NCBI RefSeq assembly: GCF_006345805.1
Contig: NW_021835125.1
Location: 1-64,000, forward strand
Direction of reading: 5' to 3'
Origin: Octopus sinensis
Taxonomy: Eukaryota
DNA: 64,000 nt
Under the pieces are notes generated by a model. It had not been told where the DNA came from and made no database searches. It worked only from the letters and a program-made list of their open reading frames with translations. Below, piece after piece: positions 26,730-40,096 of the stretch; the stretch's first letter is position 1; every line of letters starts with the position of its first letter. The translations under genes were made by a program, and so were the position numbers.

Positions 26730-27260
26730 AAATACTATAACTACCACTAATAACATGCAGCCACGAGGTGGAGGGTTAGGTGGAGCATATCTCAGTTTAA
26801 CTCCTGACTTGCTAGAAATATCTTTTTAATCGTAGAACGATCACACTCTACTCTCTTTCACAACTAGCAAAAAAGAACAAAAAAATAACAACAGTAAATT
26901 TAATCTCAAATACAATAGACTGAATGGCCACGGCTGGGTGGTTTTGGATGTCAATGATGGCACGTGTTTAATTTTATGTCTTCACTACCATTCTCGGTCA
27001 GGAGACTCAATAAGGAAATAAAAGGTTGGACGAATAAACGAGATGGAGTCTATGTGCACGTTTGACATGCTGCAAGTAGCAGTTAAAACTTAGTTAAATC
27101 AAAGACGTTAGAAATGAAACGTCTTTGATTATAGATTTGTAAATAATTTGTCATAAAAGAACCTGCCTTGACGCGCACAGACACGAACACACTCATAAAA
27201 CAAATACACACACACACATATATGTTTAAGTATATATATAATATATATATATATATATAT

Positions 27261-27565
27261 CACGTGATCACGTGACTGACCAGACCATCAGATGTTGTTA
27301 CACATCGCTGGTCACAATGCGTTCGCATTGTTTTAGCCTTCGAATGACGCCACCCCGCTGGCTAAGCAAGCAGGCCAACAGAAGAAAGAGTGGGAGAAAG
27401 TGTGGTGAAAGAGTACAGCAGGGATCACCCCCCCCCTGCCGGAGCCTCGTGGAGCTTTTTAGGTGTTTTGGCTCAATAAACACTCACAACGCCCGGTCTG
27501 GGAATCGAAACCGCGATCCTACGACCGCGAGTCTGCTACCCTAACCACTAGGCCATTACGCCTCC
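27261..27565 (-). mobile_element. tRNA-derived SINE, family B2 (B head, different 3' body)
   Basis: Minus: ggaggcgtaatggcctagtggttagg...cacgtgatcacgtg; same family as 40572. Confidence 0.9.
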
Positions 27566-27583
27566 ACACACACACACACACAC

Positions 27584-27636
<53 letters not shown>

Positions 27637-27699
27637 AAACTCATGCACCGAAACAGTTGATATTTTATTCCTATTATGTTATTCTTATTTGACAGAGCT

Positions 27700-28750
27700 G
27701 CAGCCATGGGTCAAACGTTGGCCAAGGTTGGGTGTTTGACAGCTAGAATGTTGCCTGGCGCTCCCTGTATTGTACCAGCTGCACAGAACCGTTAGCGGGA
27801 AAGCATCCCAAGATTTCTATAGGGGTCTAGTTGAGTGTATGAGGGATGATCGCCTAGGATTGAATCTAGGCATCGATGAGAACAGTCTGAGTAGTTTCTT
27901 CCAGAGGAGCTTCGGGTCGAAGATCATAGACAATTTTTAAACGTTTTAGTCTTGGCAGTGCTACAGAGATTTATTACCCGTTTGAAACAACCTCTTCAGT
28001 TATGGAAGTGCCAACAGCCGAACCTGCCCGAAATGCTTGCAGGGGGACGAAACGGTCCTGCATTCAATAAATCAGTGTCCGTGAATTAGAGACTTATGAG
28101 ATTGTGTGCAGCAGCTGTTGTCGCCTGAAGACGAATTCACCTGTCTGACGAGTGTATAGCGAAGATCGATGCACCACTTTTCATTAGCAGAGATGGAAGT
28201 CAGGTCTTACCCTGATTGGTGGCTGTTGCAAAAGAGGCTATGTGGAGGACCTGCCCGAAAGGTTTGAAGACAGGTACATATCTATCTTGTCAAGCCCTAA
28301 TTAATTTCTTCAAATAACATTTGAAGAGGAAGGTGATTGTTGAGAGGGAGGTGCTGCCTTCTAGTGTGTTTATCAAAAGATGGTCAACAGTAGAAAGACT
28401 GGTGCGACTCAATGGATCTACTCTGAATATGCTTTTCTAAGCAGGAGGAAAGAAACTGCAAGACGTCACAGGGATAACTCTGCCTTGGAGATTGCAGAGT
28501 TATCCCTGATTTTTGTGTGGGGATTACCCCGTATTATACTAAGTGGATTGCACCGATATTGCGGATTTTATTCGTCTGTTTATTAATTATTTCTCTACTT
28601 CCTATTATATATCCTCTGGTATATCCTTTAATGTGGCAGTATCGCCCCTTCATTGATGATAACCGAACATTGTTTTGTAATTCGTTTCTCGTGTAATAAC
28701 TCGTCCTTCAATATTGTCCTTCGTGTTTTGAGCTCCTGTGAACAATAAAA

Positions 28751-28800
<50 letters not shown>
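27700..28800 (+). mobile_element. 5'-truncated L1/Tx1-type LINE (ORF2 C-terminus, 3' UTR, tail)
   Basis: Reads WQCYRDLLPV...TCPKCLQGDETVLHSINQC (CCHC, 28022-28078)...INFFK*HLKRKVIVEREVL...KRW with in-frame stops; ends aataaaac plus (ATT)n. Confidence 0.85.
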
Positions 28801-28805
<5 letters not shown>

Positions 28806-28890
28806 CTAGAAAGGATTATTACTATTATAATCATTATTATTAATAGTAGTAGTAGTAGTAGTGGCGGTGGTGGTGGTGGTAGTGGTAGTA
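28750..28890. repeat. (ATT)n, (AGT)n, (GGT)n trinucleotide series
   Basis: Direct inspection. Confidence 0.9.
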
Positions 28891-29360
28891 TTCATTCTGT
28901 TCATCATGTACAAGTGCGCATGGGCTTCATCATCATTTTGTTTTATTCAATTTTACAAATAAAAATTAATCATATCTTTGAGAATTCCGGAGGGGCGTAT
29001 TGTGCATACATTGTGCGTGATTTTTCGCCCATATATTTGTCTGCATGTGTATATATGTATACTTGATATACACAGGAAGAGGAATTAAGAAAAAAAAGCA
29101 AACGCTGATAATAAATTGATTAAAATATCGGGTGTTGATAGAGAAAGAGGGATACTGACTAACATATAAACGTTGGCAGAGGGAAAGCAACTTGCTAAGT
29201 GAGCGAGATGGAATATAGAAAGATAGATATCTCAGGTAGTATAAATATTCAGAAAAAGAAAAAGTTTCCCATAATCAGCTACGGTATAAAGACCATCATC
29301 GTCTTCTAAAAACGGACTTCTGACGCAGTCAGAAGCCGCAAAACATGGCGATTGTATTAA

Positions 29361-29593
29361 GGTGGCGAGCTGGCAGAAGCGTTAGCAAGCCGGGCGAAAT
29401 GCTTTGCGGTATTTCGTCTGTCGTTACGTTCTGAGTTCAAATTCCGTCGAGGTCGACTTTGCCTTTCATCCTTTTGGGGTCGATAAATTAAGTACCAGTT
29501 ACGCACTAGGGTCGATGTAATCGACTTAATACCTATGTCTGTCCTTGTTTGTCCCCTCTGTGTTTAGCCCCTTGTGGGTAATAAAGAAATAGG
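29361..29593 (+). mobile_element. SINE family C monomer
   Basis: ggtggcgagctggcagaagcg...cttgtgggtaataaagaaatagg; 9-bp TSD ttgtattaa (29352-29360, 29594-29602). Confidence 0.92.
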
Positions 29594-30289
29594 TTGTATT
29601 AAATCGATCAAGTCATGGCTTTTTCATGACTAGTATTATCGACTCTGGACGGATGAAATCGATGTTGAACTAACTCAGATTTGAACTCCAATTGAAAATA
29701 GCTGTAAATAACTCCCTAAGCCATTTCCATCAAAAATCTCATCTAACTTTCAGCCACATAACCGGGTGACATAACACGGAATACATATTAGCAAGAAAAA
29801 TGAAAGAAAAACATATTAGCATAGCTTGAATTTCTCCTAGGTTTTTGCTTGATTTTAATTTATCTTTCAAATTGTGTACATGCGCACACACAGATACAAT
29901 CGTACTCACTCACTCACACCTCCCTCTCATATATTTTAGTACCTGCTCAATAACTAGAATAACATGTGAATAAGAAATATATGGTAGAGTGGTTATATTT
30001 TGGTATGAGTGTGTATATGTGTGTTCACGTGCATGTATGCGTTTATGTGTGTATGTGTGTGCGTGTGTGTGTGTGTGTGTCTGCTACGAAATGCGTCCCC
30101 TATTTCTCTTTTCTTTCCTCTTCTTATGAGTCTTTTTATTCCCCCTTTTGAAGAAAGTTTGACAACAGAAACGTTAAGACGTTTTACACTCAAATATGTC
30201 AAGCGTTAACTTAATAAGATATGCATCAAATTTTGAATATTTGTGATATCGTTCTAGTGTTAATTGATCTAACAATATATGCGTGGGGA

Positions 30290-30800
<511 letters not shown>

Positions 30801-31579
30801 TATGAATGCTTTATTAATGAATGCATCTTAGTATGCATGTAGGCGTGTATATGCGTGTGTATGCTTGTATGCTTTAATGATTTGTGTGCATATGTTTAGA
30901 AAACAGATCTTTTTTAGATTATCTTATTCCGCACAGACTCAAACATCCGATATATATACATACAGTGAAAGCGAAAAGAAAAGGGGAAAATATATAACAC
31001 TCGAAAATGCATAAATAGTATCAGAACCGTCCACCGAACGACAAGGGTTATAAATTATTTATATAAGGGGATACTGTTCTTTTTTCATCTTGTTTTTCGA
31101 AATATTTATGCAATGACATGCATTCTGATGTTTATAGAAAACATCAGAACCTATACGTATAAGAAACAGGCTTACCTAACTATGAATATAGATTTCTAAT
31201 ACACACCGAACCTATTTAGATCTGTTGTCATTCATTCGTATATAATTTGATAGGGAAACGAGGCAATGCAGATGTAGAAGCGGTCATATAATAATTCAAC
31301 ATTATTGCAGTTGAAATGGAGTTTAACCCAATTGAGATTTTGAAAACATGTAACTTCGGATGATGAAAATGGCTGATGCGTAAAAGAGACCACCTCCTTA
31401 TCTCAGAATTTCATTTCCAAATTATACATAGATTCCTTTGTGCATTCTGGTTAGCGTTTATCAAATCTTTTCTTCATTTTGTGTACTTATCTGCGTTTGT
31501 TCGACTTATTAAGATGGAGGCACAAATGACTATAATCAGGAGATCATTCCATATTCAAGAAATCAACGTATACTTAATT

Positions 31580-31900
<321 letters not shown>

Positions 31901-32103
31901 GCGCATGTGTGTGTACAGAGAGAGTCATATATACAGACAGAGAAAGGAAGAACTAGGTAGCTAGATGGATAGATAAACAGATAGATACATGAAAATAATA
32001 CATATCTTAAAAATACATATATATATATTTTTTTTAGTCTAGCTATATATATGTCTATCTATCTAGCTCTTTCTCCATTTTTCTGTCCGTTTGTCTGTCA
32101 GAC

Positions 32104-32573
32104 AGGGCGCTGTCAATGTTTATTGAGCAAAAGCATCTAACCCTTGAGCATGTAAACCGGCCATATCCGGCCAAAAGTATTCTGCTTGTTTTATGTTCAA
32201 ACTGGCCAGATCTGGTCTCTTACACCAACCCTACAATATCATTTTAAAAATTAACGGTTACCTCATCAAATTCTCATAGCTACAAGATAATGCATGATTA
32301 GTTCAAAACAATGTGGATGAAGAAGCATTAATTTTGGTAGAATAATGCAACACTACGAGGCTCCGGCAGGGGATGGTGACGAACCCTGCTCTACTCTTTC
32401 ACCGCAACTTTCTCTCACACTTTTTTCCTGTTTCTTTGGTACCTGTGTTACAAAGGGTAAGCCTTGTCACACTCTGTGGAGTGCTCAGCCACATGCACGT
32501 TAGTTTCACGAGCTGGCTGTTCAGCTGATCTTATAAGCAGAACCCTCGTCGTCGTAACCGACGGAGTGCCACA
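32104..32573 (+). mobile_element. Family B1 SINE interrupted by about 210 bp of MITE-like sequence
   Basis: SINE gggcgctgtcaatgtttattgagcaaaagcatctaa stops near 32140 and resumes at ctacgaggctccggcagg near 32353; insert begins taacccttgagcatgtaaaccggccatatccgg. Confidence 0.7.
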
Positions 32574-32747
32574 GCTATATTTTGGAAAGCGAAATCCTCC
32601 CCTATGTAGTGTTGTTTCCTTTCATATTGACATTGTTGTTCCTTCCAGACAGTTGTTCGTTCCATCAGAACGAGTTGCCCCGCAGAGGCAGTTCTGTTTT
32701 GGAGCATCGTCCATTGTTTCAAATGGAATTCTCAACCTTTCTGTAGT

Positions 32748-33148
32748 CTTTTATTCTTTTGCTTGCTTCATACATTTTGACTGTGGCCATGCTGAAGCAC
32801 TGCCTAAAGAGTTTTTAGTCGTAGCAGTCTACCCCAGGACTTATTCTTTGTACGCCTAGAACTTATGCTATCGGCCACTCTTGAGGAACCGCTATGTTAC
32901 GGGGGAGGTAAACACACCAGCATCGATTGTCAAACGATGGTGAGAGACAAACACGGACACAAACACGCACGCCACACACCACACACACACACACTTATAC
33001 AACGATCTTCTTTCAGTTTCCGTCCTTCAGACTCACTCAGAGTGTTTTGGTCAGCTCGAGGTTATAGCGGAAAACAGTTGCCAAAGGTGCCACGCAGTGG
33101 GACTGAACCTGGAATCATCTGGTTGCGAAGCAGGCTTCTTACCTCACA
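32748..33148 (-). mobile_element. SINE family A, diverged
   Basis: Reverse-complement match including aaggtgccacgcagtgggactgaacc. Confidence 0.85.
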
Positions 33149-33319
33149 GACACATCAACAACATTTCACTCGTGGTTTCGGCGGTTTTGCGTGTAGGGTT
33201 GCATCGGTCAGCATGGTTTTGCGTCTCTGTAATAATTGCGGTCGTATTTTAATGTTAGTGATTTTTTTTTTATGCGCTAAGAATGTTGTTCATCTTTGGA
33301 TCCTTATTGATTAGTTAGT

Positions 33320-33570
33320 TAGTTATTTGGCTCAAAAGCAATGCAAGCCATGTAGGGGCATGGAGTTAAGTAACGGTGGTGTTCATGTAAGAGTTCAGGC
33401 CACTTGAGGTCAGGGAGGCTTTGAACAAAGCGGGGGATCGTCGGATCTTCACCATCTCGTCTGGCAGCTTGTTCCACGGATCCGCACCCGGACGGAGAAA
33501 GCGGATTATTAGAAGAATTATATGCCTTTTTGTTTCTCGGATTGTTGGTAGAAATGACGGGTAATATAAA
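33320..33570 (-). mobile_element. CR1-type LINE 3' end fragment
   Basis: Minus strand DPWNKLPDEMVK...LFKASL, typical of the CR1 ORF2 C-terminus, followed by (taac)n. Confidence 0.65.
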
Positions 33571-33689
33571 ATGATACTGTAATCCGCCGGAAGCATTGTC
33601 TGTTGTTTCTGAAATATAACGTGTCTGGAATGGCACGACGATGCAGAGTAGACTCTACCAACCGATATAAATATTCTAATCATTCATAG

Positions 33690-34802
33690 TCTAATATAGT
33701 ATTTCGGAATATAAAAAATTCTTCAGATATTGCTAGGAATTAATGGATTCACTGTTATAATCCGTTTTCCAACGGTTACTGAAATTTGTCAGTAGCGTCC
33801 ATGCAGTGGACTCACGAAGCTCCTTCCGGAATTCCTCATGGGAAGTGCGTGAGGGTGGTCATGTCTGGAGCTCGTGTGTGTGTGTTGGTATATCCGCAGC
33901 GCTGCTTCCAAGTTATTTATTACATGTGTATTCCGTTGTTATACATGTGCATGTTACAATGGTGCATGTAGAGTGTCGATGTTAAATAACATAGCGATTG
34001 TTAATTTCCAACCTGCTGTTTTTTGAGGGCCTTAGTTTGTCTTTGAGGATTCCTTAATTCTTAACTTTCCTAAATTTCTATAATTGGCCTCAATTGTGAC
34101 TATTATGTTTTTTAGGTGTTCTGGCATCTGTCTCGATGTTTTCTAAAGGTGGAGTCTCGTGTGTTTAGATGTTCTTTGATGTGAATGTGTAATGATAAAT
34201 TGGATTTGAATATCGAATCCAAAATAACAAATTAGTATCGGATTTGAATTATGTGTTGTGTTTTATCCCACCTTCTGTTAGTGGGAATGGGTAATATAAA
34301 TCGACGAGTATTTTTTAATGTTCCTCAAGGCGTATTTTCATCAAATCCAACCGTTCAAAACAACTTTGCTAAATTGAAAGGATATTCATTTTCATGCATT
34401 TACGATAAATATGCGTTAAAGTGTATGTATACCTTGGAATCAATTTGCTTATGGTGTCTGTTTCAATTCGGTTATTGACTTTTTTCCGAAGATATATAGA
34501 AACAGAAGTTGACCTTTCCTGTATTCCATAGTGTTTGCAACACAGAACTGTGTTTCATTTCGTGTAATTTTTCCTTATCTTTCATTCCATAGAATGAAGC
34601 AATCATCTAAATACCTGTTTCATTTCTTTCTTATGTATAGTTAAACGGAGTTGCCATATTTTTGCAGTTATTCTTCTAATTACTACATTACTAGGTTAGC
34701 AAAGGCACCGACTGTATTTATTCCCATCGCAATTTGAGATTTGTATCTGTAGTAATTAACATCAAACGTGGAGTATTTAATTTTGAAGATAGGTTTTAGT
34801 AC
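33690..34802 (-). mobile_element. Decayed Penelope-like element (RT plus GIY-YIG remnant)
   Basis: Minus strand: FDVNYYRYKSQIAMG...FANLVM (near 34730), RYLDDCFILW (34587-34615), TMEYRKGQLLFL, then after a large deletion IKEHLN...LRIKES (34180-34050). Many stops. Confidence 0.8.
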
Positions 34803-34899
34803 ATGAATTATAAATTCTTTGTGAACAGTTTTCCTATCAAGGTTTTATTGCTTCCGTTCCATATTCGTAGGAGATTTTGGTATACAAGTTCACCATATA

Positions 34900-35395
<496 letters not shown>

Positions 35396-36320
35396 TGTCA
35401 TGGCTGCTTGGCCACAATCATCCCTATGGCGGTCAGAGCTCGCTCTGAGCGACATTGGGGTGACTGTCCACTGCAAGGAGGCCCACAGTCATCGCTATGG
35501 CGCCATTAGGGTCACTCTTGTCTTGTCTTGTCTTGTCCTGCCTTGTCCTGTCCGCTCTGTTCCGTTCCATTCTCAAAAAGAAAATAGACTTCGTGTTATA
35601 AGAACTGATTGAATATGCGTTAGAGGACCAAAGTTTGGTAAAGAGGAGGTGAGATATTAAAGTGTGTAAGTAGCAAAGGAAAATGCGGCAAAGCCACTGA
35701 GCCACCACGTGAATATAATCCTTCTGCCCACATACCTGGGACAGAGAGCGCCCCACATAAGGGTTGGAGGCATACTGCCGGAAATAGACGTGGTGCGGAT
35801 AGCGTCTGCCATGTTAGCGGGAAATGAGGAAAACATAACAGTGTTACAGGCCACGACGGAGGACTGTACAATGCGGAAGGGTCAGGTCCTCAACATGACA
35901 ATACAAGCATCAAGGGAAATCATGGAGGACAAGGCAGAGGAAAAGTCACAGGAAGAGATGGTACAGAAGGAAGACGAGGAAGAAAAGAGAGAGAAAAGAA
36001 AAAGGAAGAAAAGAGACAGAACTTTACACCCAAAACCCACCCACATACCCTCATCGTCCCACCCTCGTCCTGCACACACTGACACCTCCCAGTCCCGTCC
36101 ATCTCAAAAACAAAAGAAAACGCACGTACACAATGATTCACATACATCCCCCTCCCCTCCCGTATTCTTACACTTGTTTCATTGATGACGACAATTTGTT
36201 TGGAAAGGTAAGCAGAAAGAGAAATGTAGTATATGTATATGACGGGGAGGATAGTGATGCGGATATTGTTATCGGAAATGCAAAAGAAGGAATTAGAGGG
36301 GTATGAGGAAGACTATATAA
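35396..36320 (+). mobile_element. Deleted Tx1-type LINE derivative (probable 5' end plus ORF1 fragment)
   Basis: ILLPTYLGQRAPHIRVGGILPEIDV...ITVLQAT aligns by eye with LQLTPSYRGQKVTKITLNNVP...FTILETT of ORF1 at 59420. Confidence 0.6.
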
Positions 36321-36445
36321 ATATAAATACATACTTATCTATATATGCATACATACAAACATACATACATACATACATATATATATATATATAATATATA
36401 TACATATATATATATATATACATACAAACATACATATATATATAT

Positions 36446-36761
36446 AGGAGGAGACCCCTTCGGTCATGAATGACTGTGGGATTGCACCTAGAAAGTTACC
36501 CTCCGAGGCACAAGTCTGGGCAAGGTTTTTTTACGGAAGGCTAGCAGTCGCCCATGCATACCAGTCTCCCCTCTCCACACCACTGATGTTATCCAAGGGA
36601 AAGGCAAAGGGTCCGATACAGCTTGGCACCAGTGATGTCGCAACTCTATTCTACAGTTGAGTGAACTGGAGCAACGTGAAATAAAGTGTCTTGCTCAAGA
36701 ACACAATATGCAGCCCAGTCCGGGAGTCGAACTCACAACCTCAACATCGTAAGCTCGATGG
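36446..36761 (-). mobile_element. tRNA-derived SINE, family D (local name), 5' end lost
   Basis: Minus strand B-box-like gagttcgactcccgg then CORE/V-like ttcttgagcaagacactttatttcacgttgctccag; unique 3' body. Confidence 0.8.
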
Positions 36762-36762
36762 T

Positions 36763-36816
<54 letters not shown>

Positions 36817-37192
36817 CATATAATTATGTGTGTGTGTGTGTGTGGTGTATATGTGTGTGTGTATTTTGGGGGAAAGAAGAAAATAGAGCAATAATGGATG
36901 TATGAATAATTTATTTGTATGTTATAAAAAGATGAAAATTTATTCCAAAGAACATAATACAAATATATTGATTAAAACTTGTAAATCTCTAACAATAGAA
37001 TAATAGAATATATTTTTCTGTACTATCAGAGAGTTGATGAGAAATTCCAGGCATTTGGTTAACTGCTACGAAACGTAAAATGTTCTAACTTTGTGGTGGT
37101 ATGACTTCTTGAGGGTCAGAGCCATGGAAATTAGGCTATCATTTTTCTTTTGAAGTATTTTACAGCGTATGTTTAGAAATTCTGAACAAATA

Positions 37193-37607
37193 GGCGCAGG
37201 AGTGGCTGTGTGGTAAGTAGCTTGTTTACCAACCACATGGTTCCGGGTTCAGTCCCACTGCGTGGCACCTTGGGCAAGTGTTTTCTACTATAGCCTTAGG
37301 TTGACCAAAGCCTTGTGAGTGGATTTGGTAGACGGAAACTGAAAGAAGCTCGTCGTATATATGTATATATATATATGCGTGTGTTTGTTTGTATATCTGT
37401 ATTTGTCCCCCTAGCATTGCTTGACAACCGATGCTGGTGTGTTTATGACCCGTTACTTAGCGGTTCGGCAAAAGAGACCGATAAAATAAGTACTGGGCTT
37501 ACAAAATAATAAGTCCCGGGGTCGAGTTGCTCGATTAAAGGCGGTGCTCCAGCATGACCGCAGTCAAATGACTGAAACAAGTAAAAGTGTAAAAGAGTAA
37601 AAGAGTA
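37193..37607 (+). mobile_element. SINE family A, full length
   Basis: Same consensus as 16489. Confidence 0.92.
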
Positions 37608-37910
37608 ACTAGGTGAGAGGACTGAAACATATATGTAGGTTCTGTTATTTTACTGTCAGAGATTCACAACGTGTCATCAATTTATTGGTACTGTTGTTTT
37701 TAAACAAATGTTTATCTTTTTATAACATACAAATTAATTATTCAAACATACATCATTTCTCAATTTTCTTTTTTTTCTCTCATTGCTGATAATATATAGA
37801 TTCAACAATCCCTAACATATACCAACGACGTTCGCATTATATAATAGGGATTTATCAGTGCAATACCTTTGATGATTTAATCCCTAATGCGGATATAACC
37901 TCCTCAAAGT

Positions 37911-37942
<32 letters not shown>

Positions 37943-39013
37943 TCTATATATTATATATTTATATATATAAAGTTAATCCAACAAGAAAACAAAAAAACAC
38001 CAACAACGCGAGGACGTGAATAAATATATATTATTGGACTCTCAGGAAAGAGGTTTAACGTTTCGAGGGGAGCTCTCGTCGGAGAAGGAAATATATATAT
38101 ATATATATATATAATAATAATATGGGTAGATAGAAATATGGGTTTTATTTGTACGTATGAGTGCGCAGATATATATTTAAATATATATATATATATATAT
38201 AATATATGTGTGGGCGAAAGTTCCCTGACACAGTATAGGAAAGTGTTAATATTTATGCGTATATGCGGATGTGCGTGTGAGTGTGTGTGTTAGTGTTAGA
38301 CACTGCTGCCTGTACTGATATGTCTATAAGCCATACGATGACAGATAAGCACTTTCCAATTAATTGTAGAGGTGTGTCGGGGTGTATTCATGTGTGTGTA
38401 CATGTGTGTGTGAGTCTCTGTGTGGATGTATGGGTTTAGGGTTAGATGTGGATGTGTGTGTTTTACTTGTACGGTGTGGTTGAGGTCGGGCGGTTCACGA
38501 TTGACCAACTGTGAGGAAGATAATGATCATTTTAAATTCAAATCCAACAGTGTATTTATGCCATAAGGAAAATTATTAACTGGAACACGGACATACATAT
38601 ATTCCGCTCTGGATCATAATGTAAGAGTTATTAATAATATTTTGAATGATAACAATGATAACATTAATGGTATTGACAACGATAATGGTACTAACTTTAA
38701 TGACACTTTAGAAATTATTATGAAGTAATATAATGTACTATTGACTATGTATATTTGCATCTAGGTATTAATTTGTGTATGTTTATTATCACAATAGTAA
38801 ATCGAAAAACTGAGACATTGAATGTGGAACACATATATATGTTTACTAATTTATATTATTTATTTATATCATTATGTAAATGTATATTTTTATATATATA
38901 GGAGTGTGAGTATATGCACTCATATGTATATATATATATATATATATATGTTGTATTGTGCGGAAGCACCCACACCCATGTGGGTATATATGTTGACTGA
39001 GTTATATTACATA

Positions 39014-39140
39014 ATCTCCGAAGAGGCCTTGCGATATTTTTGTTAATGTCTCATTTATATCTATATATTGACCAACCATAAAGGGCTAATATTGGTAAAA
39101 TGAGACATAATTATCGACATGGCCGAAACAGCTGTAAGAT
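39014..39140 (+). ncRNA. Type I hammerhead-like motif with long stem II (U4C core variant)
   Basis: atct-CCGAAGA-GGCC...GGCC-GAAA-CAGCTG-TA-agat: stem I atct/agat, palindromic stem III ACAGCUGU, putative cleavage after 39136. Confidence 0.65.
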
Positions 39141-39432
39141 CTAATATACTTATATTTATATTTACTTGTATTTATATTCTCTTTTATACATATTCTACTT
39201 ATTATACAACATTACTCATTTATGTACACTTTTTTATGTACATTCCTTTATGTACACTGATTTGTTCTGCTTTTTATATTTAACCCTACAGTCTCTTATG
39301 TGGTGGTTTAATAAAGTATGTGATTGAGTATTATCTGGTAATTGATATTTGATTTAGATGTATTTCTCCATTTTCTTATCTTATATATATATATATATCT
39401 GTGTGTGTACGTGAGTGTGTGTGAGTCTGTTC

Positions 39433-39641
39433 GTGTGTATGTTTGCCAGACCTCATCATCGCTAGACAACAGATGCTGGTGAGTTTACGTTACAGTAACT
39501 CAGCGGTTCGGCAAAGGAGTCGATATAAGAATTACTAAGCCTACAAAGAATAAGTCCTTGGGTCGATTTGGTCGACTAAAGGCAGTGCTGAAGTATGGCC
39601 GCTGTCAAATGACTGACCCAATTAAAAAAATTAAAAGAATA
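39433..39641 (+). mobile_element. SINE family A, 3' half, diverged
   Basis: gctagacaacagatgctggt...gtcaaatgactgac. Confidence 0.75.
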
Positions 39642-39689
39642 AACGAATATATATATGTGTGTGTGTATGTGTATGTATGTATATATATA

Positions 39690-39900
39690 GTTAATCCAAA
39701 CAAGAAAACACAAAAAACACTAACGCGTGGACTTGGAACAAATAAAGTATTATTGGACGCTCAGGAAAGAAGGGAAGAAGGAGGGTTTAACGTTTCGAGC
39801 GGAGCTCTTCGTCGGAAACAAAGGAGAAGGAAAGATCCCGAGAAGGGACGACAGAGGAAAAAAAAATTGCTGGCGGTGCTCACGAGGTCCCATTTTGAAA
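39690..39900 (-). mobile_element. Penelope-like terminal-repeat fragment with minimal hammerhead-like motif
   Basis: Minus 39819-39785: gttt-CCGACGA-a-gagc(tcc)gctc-GAAA-cgt-t-aaac. A shorter, more decayed copy lies at about 37970-38090. Confidence 0.55.
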
Positions 39901-40034
39901 GATATATATATATATTATATATATATGGATGGATGGATATATCATGAAATCAATGTGAATCTGTTTTATTAACATATCACTTATAGTAAAGGTTTGGATT
40001 TATACATTTATATAGTTTATATAAACCATATACG

Positions 40035-40093
<59 letters not shown>

Positions 40094-40096
<3 letters not shown>

